The notes under the pieces are model-generated. The model was not told the DNA's origin. It saw nothing but the letters and a program-made list of their open reading frames with translations, and did not search any database. From contig CAYYQL010000041.1 of the NCBI GenBank assembly GCA_964473825.1, positions 1 to 21,458 of the forward strand: 21,458 nucleotides of DNA, read 5' to 3'. Positions 1 to 8,800 of the stretch are shown piece by piece. A program made the translations under genes and the position numbers. Numbering within the stretch: position 1 is the first letter of the stretch; every line of letters starts with the position of its first letter. The DNA is from an uncultured archaeon. GTDB lineage: Archaea; Asgardarchaeota; Thorarchaeia; Thorarchaeales; Thorarchaeaceae.

Positions 1-1
1 G

Positions 2-334
2 CCTCCGGGTGAGGAGCTGGTACATCCGGTGGAGGAGCTGGGTGTCAAGGCGTCTGAGTGCCTGTTGGAGGATGGAGTAGGAGGGGGCTCGTGCCAATCC
101 GAGGCGTTGCAGGAGCTGCGGGTTGGAGGAGAGCTGGGCCACGAAACTCCTGTAGCTGAGGCCAGCGTCGAACTTGAGGCCCAGGAGGACGAAGAGCGCA
201 GGGAGGGGAAAGTCAGGAGGTCGTCCCAGGGTGTTGGGTCGGGTGGGGATCATAGTACTAAGCTTCATAAGTTCATGGAGCAAGAACTGAGGATGACGAG
301 ACCTGGCTGTGTCGTACGATGAAGAGTAAGACAT
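2..334 (-). CDS. IS5-like transposase, N-terminal part (runs off the left edge)
   Basis: Manual translation from ATG at 334 is open to the window edge: MSYSSSYDTARSRHPQFLLHELMKLSTMIPTRPNTLGRPPDFPLPALFVLLGLKFDAGLSYRSFVAQLSSNPQLLQRLGLARAPSYSILQQALRRLD. The GRPP / LSYR / LGL..APSYSIL..ALRRL pattern matches the helical N-terminal domain of IS5/IS4-superfamily DDE transposases. The DDE core lies outside the window. Confidence 0.8.
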   Translation of the reverse strand, partial: MSYSSSYDTARSRHPQFLLHELMKLSTMIPTRPNTLGRPPDFPLPALFVLLGLKFDAGLSYRSFVAQLSSNPQLLQRLGLARAPSYSILQQALRRLDTQLLHRMYQLLTRR

Positions 335-388
335 GAATCATGCGAACCAGCCAGTCTGGTCACATATCCTTGTATTACTCTCCTCGAC

Positions 389-403
389 TTTTCACACAGA
401 GCC
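389..403 (-). repeat. Candidate terminal inverted repeat GGCTCTGTGTGAAAA
   Basis: The minus strand reads GGCTCTGTGTGAAAA, starting 69 bp upstream of the transposase ATG. It resembles GGC-starting IS5-family ends. The partner repeat is outside the window. Confidence 0.55.
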
Positions 404-442
404 GATATTTGGCAAGGACTTATTTGGAAGTCTAACAGAAGA

Positions 443-3400
443 ATGGCATGCAGGGGAGTGAAAACGTTTAGTGATGAGCCATCCTCAGATTTTGAGAATA
501 GTATATACAAAGCGCTTAGAAGCCTAAAGAACAGCGTCCCAAGTGGGGTGCGAAGCTTCGGAGAGTCATTGGGCACACTCATCTGTGCTGCAGACCCCTA
601 CTCATTGGGGATTTCTGCGGTTGGTGCAGGGGTCAGACTTTTTGCGAAGAAGACACTTGAAATCTATCGAAAGCGTAGAAACTGGAATGAATTCAAAGAT
701 CGAGTACTTGACGAGAGAAAAACCGATAAAACTGCAGAAAGACTTGTGAAAGATGTCTTTGAGTGGAAAGAGGAGGTCCAAAGGCATGTCCTAGAAAACA
801 ACACCGTTGCTGAGGGCATAGCCTCCTATCTTCAGGATAGCGGATTGGACGAAAGGAACGTTAGTGAGATTGCAGAGAGTATCGTAGAGAATCTCGGAAA
901 GCTCTGCTTAGAAACAAAGGAGCTACTTCTCCACCTCATGCGCCAAGAGTTGGGAATATCTCATAGTTTCTTAGTGACTCAAATCGAGTCGAAACTCGAA
1001 TTCCCCTCAGGCTTCATTTCGCTATATGAGGAATTGGACTACCAATCCTATCTGATTGATTTAGTGAATTCCTGTCACAGACCAGTTTGGTTCAGACGAC
1101 CACACGCTAACTGGACGGATATTGCCCATGGGAGAATCATTGATAGAGAAGAGGAAATCAAACATATTCTAGATACTCTTAGAAACAAGAATATCCAACT
1201 AGTGGTAGGTGACTCGGGAGCCGGAAAGACCACACTGGCGTATCTCTTGGGGCACCGCCTTCTTGAGAGTTCTGATATTCCATTCCGGCCCTACAATGTA
1301 TACTACATCGACATAACAGAATCAGGAGATGGAACGGCAGGGCATATTGACAAGCTAGTGAGGGCATTCTTCCAGCTGAAGCAGGAATCTGGTATTGAGG
1401 CCTGCCGAATGCTGCTTCTCATCGACAACGTGCATTTGATGCCCGCAATCGCAAAACAAGTATTTGCCAGATATAAATGCAGAGTTGAAACGGCATCAAA
1501 GAGCGGAGATGTTGATTTTGTTCTTTTCGGTAGAACTACAACGAATACGGCTGTTGATTCATCCATCGATATGATGGCAGAAATGGGAATGGACCCTTCT
1601 AGCACCGTGTCAGAGATTAGGTCTAGACTTCAAGAAGATGGATTCTTTGAGGGCGAATTCGCCAGTGCACTCGTTCTGGAAAGACAGGGATCTGAAAGGG
1701 TAGTAAGTCAGATCACTGACACCTATTTGTCGGTAGTGGACGGAGATTCTGACCAGGATCTTCGAGAGGAAGTGAGCAACTATGTGCTGCAAAGGTCGAG
1801 GGGTAGCCTTTGGCTCGTTTCGTTTGTTCTGCGGGCTATTGAACGAATCCGGAGTAAGATTGGCAAGGTGGCAATCAATAGCATAGATTACGATTTCTGT
1901 ACTGAGATGAAGCTATACTACGGATTGATAGATGAACCCTTTGAGAACACACAAATCATGAAACTGGAGTCTGTCTATGAAAGAATTTCCTCTGACGTGC
2001 GCTTTCGCAGGATTGCGCATTATCTTAGAAGTGAACAAGAAAGAAGGGGTGCATTAGTACTGATTCTCTATAGCCTTTCGATCTACTCGCAGCTTGAACT
2101 GCCGATTCCAGAAGCATTTCTCAATGAGATAGTGGATCCAGCTGAGCTGCAGCCTCAGAGACAACCCAATAGAAGAATATCTCGTCATGACGCCGATAAG
2201 CTGGTGAATACTCTCAAGATTCTGTTGAAGGATTCAGGAGAAGTAGTCGGACTCAAACGAGGAGGAGCTGAGTATCTATCGCTGCCGCACATGACTCTGG
2301 CGAAACACATTGTAATTTGCTTTCAGGATTTATTGCCTGGGCTTCAGGAGCCTGATTCGATTGTTGAAAGGGTGACTCAGCTCTTTCAGTATCACCTTGA
2401 TGAACATTTATCTATCAACTCACTTCTAGAATCCCTAATCTTGGAACCTGAGCTAGCTGAAACAGCGCAGATTCCAATTCTTGAAGCGATATCCAACCTA
2501 GATGAAGACAGCCGAAGAGAAGTCCCAACGACTTTGCTGAAGCGTCTACTATTCCTTAATCTGTCAGAAGAGGCTGTCAATCTCTTCCGCAAATGCACCG
2601 GAGTGCAGTTCATAGGATTTGGGATACCGGTAGGCGGTTTTGATACTCTTGATGTGCATAACGATGGCAAGCTACTTGCAGCCGGTTCTCTGAAAAGCGG
2701 AGAAGTATATATCTTTGGCACGGAGTCAGGTTCATATATAGACATCCTATTGGGTCTTGACAATCCATCATCAGCGATAGCCTGGCATCCGAGGAAGCCA
2801 ATAGTAGCAGCTGTTTCATGCTCTGGTCGACGTGTGTGCATATGGAATCTGCTTGGGAGTGATACCCACTCATTGCCAGAGATACCGGACGACAAGATGG
2901 ACGAGAAGTACTTGAACATCAGTTGGTCGCCGAATGGCGACTTGCTCTGTGTCGTCTGCCAACATGAAATGCGATTATACGATTCTATATCTGGAAATCT
3001 TATTGGTACCACAAGAATCGTAGATACGAAACTCTCGGAGGCATTCTTTAAAGATGCTCTCTTCATATGGAAGAGAGGCTATCCAATTCTTCTGCTTAAG
3101 GATCGAACGAGCGTTCGGGTCTATCGAAATGGAAAACTAAGTCTTCTTCAGAAGAATCGCGATGTCCGTAGTGTCTATCCCAGAACCAGTCCTTGTCAAG
3201 GAGTATACTACTCATGGTCGTCCAAATACCAAAAGCTGGCGGTTTTCTCATGGGAAATTCAAAGCATAGAGAAGTACTCATGGAGCGATGAAGTCACATA
3301 CAAGAACACGCTTAGTATCTGGCGGTTGGTTGACGGTGAACTGAAGAAATCTGGGACATGGGAGGTTTCTGCCGATTGGAGGGTTTATGACATTGCGTGG

Positions 3401-4717
3401 CACCCAGAAGGGAATAGAATCGTCTTCGTGTTCAGGACTTGCGAGAAACAATACGGAGTCAATGTTTGGGCTTACGAGGAGGAGTTGACACCTCTGTGCT
3501 ATTGGATTGTGGAGAGTGGTTCATTTCGTATCACTTGGAAAGATATCCAAGAACCTCTGTTTCTCATCACTAGAAACTCAATCAAATCATCTCTACCTGA
3601 TGGTAGCGTCGAGTTTTTCGGCCCAACAATGACTCGTCCTGTTCTTATCGATCCAGAGGGAAACTATGTCTTTTACGAGAGAATACACAGAAACTCCTAT
3701 GAATCTACACTTCATTACCTCAACTTTGACCACAATTCAGAGTCGAAGCGAGTGTCGCTTGAGCCAATTGATACGACCAGAGCATACCCAGTCTATCGCA
3801 AATTCAGAGGCTTTTCGCTGGAGAAGAATGCTGTTTTGCTATTAGGAGAATCAAGGGCGCTTCTGTGGGATGTGTCCAAAGAACAAAGCATCGATTCTTT
3901 TGAATACAGAAAGGTTGCGGACAGGGCAGACTGTTATGCCCTCACCTACCGTCATGACAGACTCACAATTCTCCTTTTCCCGATAGACATGGATAGACTG
4001 ATGTTCTTGGAGTGGAAGAATAGCAGTCTAGGAAGGGGGAGACCTAAGCACACCAGTCAGTACTTCACGGTCATGGCAGATACAACGCATACTCGAGCAA
4101 TAGTTGGAGAAGTAGGGCCGAGGTACTATATACTGGACCTTGAAGATTCTGAATATGAAGTGCCCTTGCCTATAGGAACCGAGCTTTGTGAATGGGGCCC
4201 CAATAAGAGTCTCATTGCCCTATTACGCAAAAGCACTGAACAGGACTCGTGGGTCTTTGAAGTCATATCCCTTGATGGTGCTCAGATTGTATCGTCTTAC
4301 GACACAATCTTCAATGCAATAATGCCCAATTCCAGATTGAAAGATCACACTCAGTTCGACAGAATCAAGTTCGCATTCAGTCCAAGCGGCAGATATGCAG
4401 GAATCTCATGTGAGAAATACCAACTTGGATGTCGTCAGGGATATCATATGCATATTTGGGATACTTCGAAGAAGAAGGAGATTATGGGTATGGAGGAATC
4501 CTATAGGCTTGGGCCGATATCTTGGATGGACAACACTCATTTCGCCTGCGCCATTGGACGAAGACTCAGCGTATCTAGAGTATTAGAAGGAGACGTAGAA
4601 GAGATTGATAGCTGGGAGGACTTAGGACCCATCGAACTGCTCGAGTTCACGGCAAGAGGACTTGTAGTATATGGCCACGTTGGTTTCTACTTCATCCCGC
4701 TACAGTACGGCGGGTGA
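443..4717 (+). CDS. STAND-class P-loop NTPase with N-terminal helical domain and C-terminal WD40/beta-propeller region (NLR/Avs-like architecture)
   Basis: IIDREEE pre-P-loop motif, Walker A GDSGAGKTT (~1208-1234), Walker B LLLIDN (~1412-1429), sensor-like FVLFGR, GSLW (GxP-equivalent) and a winged-helix-type LPH motif. From ~2636 there are WD40-like blades (AIAWHP, ISWSPNG, IAWHPEG, AFSPSG, LLWD, HIWD). The exact start codon is uncertain. Confidence 0.85.
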   Translation: MACRGVKTFSDEPSSDFENSIYKALRSLKNSVPSGVRSFGESLGTLICAADPYSLGISAVGAGVRLFAKKTLEIYRKRRNWNEFKDRVLDERKTDKTAERLVKDVFEWKEEVQRHVLENNTVAEGIASYLQDSGLDERNVSEIAESIVENLGKLCLETKELLLHLMRQELGISHSFLVTQIESKLEFPSGFISLYEELDYQSYLIDLVNSCHRPVWFRRPHANWTDIAHGRIIDREEEIKHILDTLRNKNIQLVVGDSGAGKTTLAYLLGHRLLESSDIPFRPYNVYYIDITESGDGTAGHIDKLVRAFFQLKQESGIEACRMLLLIDNVHLMPAIAKQVFARYKCRVETASKSGDVDFVLFGRTTTNTAVDSSIDMMAEMGMDPSSTVSEIRSRLQEDGFFEGEFASALVLERQGSERVVSQITDTYLSVVDGDSDQDLREEVSNYVLQRSRGSLWLVSFVLRAIERIRSKIGKVAINSIDYDFCTEMKLYYGLIDEPFENTQIMKLESVYERISSDVRFRRIAHYLRSEQERRGALVLILYSLSIYSQLELPIPEAFLNEIVDPAELQPQRQPNRRISRHDADKLVNTLKILLKDSGEVVGLKRGGAEYLSLPHMTLAKHIVICFQDLLPGLQEPDSIVERVTQLFQYHLDEHLSINSLLESLILEPELAETAQIPILEAISNLDEDSRREVPTTLLKRLLFLNLSEEAVNLFRKCTGVQFIGFGIPVGGFDTLDVHNDGKLLAAGSLKSGEVYIFGTESGSYIDILLGLDNPSSAIAWHPRKPIVAAVSCSGRRVCIWNLLGSDTHSLPEIPDDKMDEKYLNISWSPNGDLLCVVCQHEMRLYDSISGNLIGTTRIVDTKLSEAFFKDALFIWKRGYPILLLKDRTSVRVYRNGKLSLLQKNRDVRSVYPRTSPCQGVYYSWSSKYQKLAVFSWEIQSIEKYSWSDEVTYKNTLSIWRLVDGELKKSGTWEVSADWRVYDIAWHPEGNRIVFVFRTCEKQYGVNVWAYEEELTPLCYWIVESGSFRITWKDIQEPLFLITRNSIKSSLPDGSVEFFGPTMTRPVLIDPEGNYVFYERIHRNSYESTLHYLNFDHNSESKRVSLEPIDTTRAYPVYRKFRGFSLEKNAVLLLGESRALLWDVSKEQSIDSFEYRKVADRADCYALTYRHDRLTILLFPIDMDRLMFLEWKNSSLGRGRPKHTSQYFTVMADTTHTRAIVGEVGPRYYILDLEDSEYEVPLPIGTELCEWGPNKSLIALLRKSTEQDSWVFEVISLDGAQIVSSYDTIFNAIMPNSRLKDHTQFDRIKFAFSPSGRYAGISCEKYQLGCRQGYHMHIWDTSKKKEIMGMEESYRLGPISWMDNTHFACAIGRRLSVSRVLEGDVEEIDSWEDLGPIELLEFTARGLVVYGHVGFYFIPLQYGG

Positions 4718-5399
4718 CAATAGATGACAAAAGAGCCAAAATGTGGACGAGGTTGAAACTGAGTTTATGGTAGTTTCACAGATCCAAGCCTCCTACCACA
4801 GCATGGGGAAAGGTCTATCCAGAAGGAAACATATGCCACCCCTCTTGTCTGTAAACGCATTCAAGGTCTGATTAGGCACATGCTTTCAGACGCTTTGGAG
4901 TGCCCCTCTCCCCAGATATCACATTGGCCGACCATAGTTTCGAGAAACTACGGTGCGCCATCCCTTATGTGAATGGTACCAGCCATAGGTCCGTCTCTTT
5001 CAGTGCCTTTCCGTCGAAACCCGAATGACTCTCCGCATCTATCCGTATTCGAGCTCCATCCCTGTAGTGAGTCCTATTGTTTCTTCGTCTTTGTGAGCTA
5101 GCTCGCAAATAGTTCATCTCAACTCCTCTACTTCTTCCCAAGACATCTTCCTGAGATGCGATTCTTCAGCCGTTGAGCAATGATTCCAGAGTCGGTTAGG
5201 CTCTGGCATAGCGAGAAGAAATATCCTGCTTTGCTTATCGATAACCTGAATCTTTTCGAGAGAGGGGAGATGACTCTGGAATGCAAAGGGGCTCCGTGTA
5301 GGAACCTTAGCACGCATACACCGATAGAGAGGTCTCTCTCCAGCTGGGTTTCTTTTGCGGTTTTTGAGAACAGGGGTACTAAGAAATCGGGCAACTACG

Positions 5400-5693
5400 C
5401 TATCGATGTTGTTGCCAGAGCAGAATTGGTTCCGCCATATCTTGGCATAACACGAAAGTGAAGCCAAGGCACTTTGCTATTGGCGCCGATACTCTTTGGA
5501 ACTCAGCAAGTCCCGCAAGCGTATCGTGATCCGTCAAAGCTATCCCTGCCAGATTGTGCTCTACTGCTTTGGCTACCAACTTCTTAGGACTTAACTCTCC
5601 ATCGGATGCATTCGAATGGACATGAAGATCAAAACCCTTGGGGCTTATCCTTAATCCCTCCGACGTATGACAGAGTTGGCACTGAGTCGGCAA
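5400..5693 (-). pseudogene. PHP-family metal-dependent phosphoesterase, N-terminal fragment
   Basis: DLHVHSNASDG and IALTDHD are diagnostic PHP motifs. Similarity stops before the expected GxE and C-terminal GSDxH motifs. An in-frame ATA at 5648, preceded by GGAGG, may be a mutated start codon. Confidence 0.75.
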
Positions 5694-5847
5694 TTCATTC
5701 CCATCTGAAGATGATATGCCAGTTGTAGGGTTGTTGCATCTTTGATAGGGAGGGCACTAACCAAGAGCCTATCCTCCCAAGCCAGGAAGGGTCGATATCC
5801 CCCTCTCGTATGAAACAAGAACGAACCAGTGCAATATCATTCAATGA

Positions 5848-8800
5848 TTAACTCCTCAAATCACACTGAGAGTATCTCTGCTTCTTCACTATTCTTCCTA
5901 TGACCCGCTCTCGAAAATCACGGATTTTCTCTGCCATTGGTTCCCCGGGTTCGTATAGATACAGTGGTCTTGTGACATGAAGGGGGCTTCTTGCCATTTC
6001 AACGATTGGTAACATGAACGCCCAATCCTCCGCTATCGGAATCCATTCGCCGTCGACTTTCAGGTCCTCTTCCCTTATGCTATCAAAGAGGTGTTTTCGA
6101 AAAGAGCGCAGATGCTGCCAGACATTCCCTCCACAGTTACCACGCGGGTCTGTGAAGTTGACAGGATACTCCTTCTTCTTGTCCAATCTGAGCATGCCTC
6201 CAACCGTCACATCACATCCATCAGAATATGCGCCACGAAGAAATGCGAGTACATCCGATCCGATGAGGGAATCATCCGCGTCCAGATGGATGATTATGCT
6301 GTCCAAATTATCACAGATCTCCGTGGTAGCAACAAGGATATTCTCGATTGCTGGGAGGGGGGTGTGATTCCGCAAGATGCTGACTCTTTCCCCCAGTTGT
6401 CGATAGACTATTTCCTCCATGTATTCGTGTGCACCGCTTCGAGAGCCTGCATCAATGAGTATCACTCCGGCATTGGAGTCGCTCTGGGACAAGATTGAGT
6501 CAATGCATCTTCTCAAGCGAGGAAGATAGGTATTCCTTCCCCGAACAATGAGAACCATCGCTTCGTTTCTCCTACCTATCCAGTCGGCCATAGACCCCTT
6601 AAGGTTGACAGACCCCTTCTGACATTCAGGCAGATTCCCCCTTTCTACTGATTCTATGATATTGAACCACTCGTTGGCGTTGCGCTTTCTGGCATTTGGC
6701 ATGTGGACATAGCTGGTTTCCACAGAACCACCCCGATATGATTCCAACTCACTTGATTCAATAAGCTTGTCAAGAGATCGATGCCAAGCATCAGCCAGCT
6801 TGCCCTCCGGTGTCAATGCATTGGGAAGTGGAAGACTCCGCACTAACCTATCCTTGTGTAACAGACAGAAACGGACCTCCACACGCCAAGGCCCGCTTTC
6901 TGACCTGCAGGTATAGGGTCTGTTTCTTGACGACGCAATGTTGAACGATACAGTGAGGGCTCTGGGATTGCCCTGCAGAACATCCAACATTTCACCAAGA
7001 TAGTCATGACCCCTATCTGAGCGGTAGATAATGCAGTCGCTGTCTGCCTGCAGAATGAAATCGCCGCTACACTCTCCAAATCCATAGAGAGTTGTGTAGA
7101 GGTGTTGCCCCGCTTTTGAATGACTTTCCTCCGATTCAATTCCAAACCATTTGAGATAGGTACTCCGAATGCTTTCGGAATCATACGGAGCATAGACAAC
7201 TCTGTCTACAATTCCATCTGCTACTATCTCATCCAAAGCATCACGAAGTGCTTCGTGATTAGGTTCGTCGTATGCCCTCAGGAACGGACCTTCATGCGAG
7301 TCTGTGATTACTATCTTCTCACAGAACTCCTGAGGTCCCTCAAGCTGATTGACAATATGTCTGATCTGAAAACCAATAGTCTTCCACTCCATCGGACTGG
7401 CCTTGATGAGCAGTGACACTCTCTCTGTCTTTGGTTGTGGTAAGGGGTTCAGTTCTATGGTCAGAAAATCACTTGATGGGAGAAGCTGACTTGTATCCAC
7501 AGTTCGTGATTCAGTCGTATCAACGATCTCAAAGCCGCATTGATGAAACAGATGCTTGTACCAGCTAAAAGGTCGATGGATATCAGTGCGCGTTCTTCCG
7601 GTTTCATTGATTCGCTTCTTGTAGAGAAACTTGTCATCATACTCCAACCGCCCAGGTGAATACTCCTTTTCGTGAAGATTGGTCGCGGGAACAGCACAGA
7701 AGAATGGATTGCAGATTGAGACTAACGCACATCCCTCTTCAGCAACTAAATCTCGTATCTTGGACACAACCCTCTTGACTTCTGTATTAGATTCTAATGT
7801 GCATAAAACCAGACTGCATAACACCAGATCGTATTTCGCCCCATTCTCAAGGAGGGTTTCCAAACCCTCTTCTGTGATGTACCAAACAGGAGTGTGCCTG
7901 AGTCGGTCTTGCTGAATCAGAGAGGAATCGATGTCAAAGGCGACAACCTCAATCCCATCCGCCGCCAGCCGTTCACTGATGGGGCCTTTTCCGCAGCCAT
8001 AGTCCATAACAGTAGCAGGACTCTTTAGTCGAATCAAACGAAGCAGGAGTTCATCTAACACTTGGCTCTTTGTAGTGTTATTCAAGGAGTCCAAGAAGAG
8101 GTCGAATCCTACCATCTCGGGCATCGATTTATCGTATAGTGACCTTGCTATGAGGTCATCAAGGTCATCCCTGAAATGAAACCGATAGGTCAGAAAGGCG
8201 CGTCTAGCCATATGCTCAAATTCTCTCTCGGTCAGGGGAACAAGGGAACGTCCGAGATCGCAAAACTTCAAGCCGTCTGCGGTTACGATTAGATTGTCGG
8301 GATGGAAATTGGTGATGGCAATGCCACTCTTTCTGCAATCTCCGACAATCTTGATGATGTCCTTGAGATATCCACCAGAATAGGCTTCACCACGACAGAG
8401 TTCGGTTCGGAAGACCAGTTGCTCATTTCGCTCAATAATCTCATCTAGTCGGGCAATCTTGTCCGAGATGTGTCTCTGTAGAATCCTCTCTCTGAGGAAA
8501 GCAGCCTGCCCTGATTGGAACTGAGACCACCCGTATCTCATATGTTTGTAGGCGTGTGACTCATCGGTCCAGACATGGGCCTCCCTACCGCTTCCCAAGT
8601 ATTCCAGGCGATCTTGTGACGTCAGTGCAGAAACCGTATCCCTCGAATAGGTGAAGGATCGAGCACTATCTCCTATTGGTTCAAAACACCCACGAAAGGA
8701 TTTCACACGGCCCTTGAGACCGACTAGGAATGAGTCAACTAGCTCTTGGTCGATATCATCTAGATTCTTGCTGAACTCCCGAATCGATGCATCGGAGAAT

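Larger units (their letters stand above)
1..403 (-). mobile_element. Left end of an IS5-like insertion sequence
   Basis: Contains the transposase 5' end, visibly GC-richer DNA than the next gene, and a candidate terminal repeat ending at 403. Confidence 0.7.

Noticed and set aside
29-322. 97-aa plus-strand ORF
   Set aside because: Antisense shadow of the transposase; no recognisable motifs.
265-582. 105-aa minus-strand ORF spanning the IS end and STAND start
   Set aside because: It crosses the element boundary and overlaps two better-supported genes.
2392-3066. 224-aa antisense ORF inside the STAND gene, and the other nested ORFs within the three giant genes
   Set aside because: Shadow ORFs with Ser/Arg-rich or motif-free composition.
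5114-5467. Three overlapping short ORFs (5114-5467 -, 5128-5394 -, 5180-5461 +) as the PHP continuation or as real genes
   Set aside because: None carries the downstream PHP motifs. The LLIDN in the plus ORF resembles a Walker B but has no Walker A.
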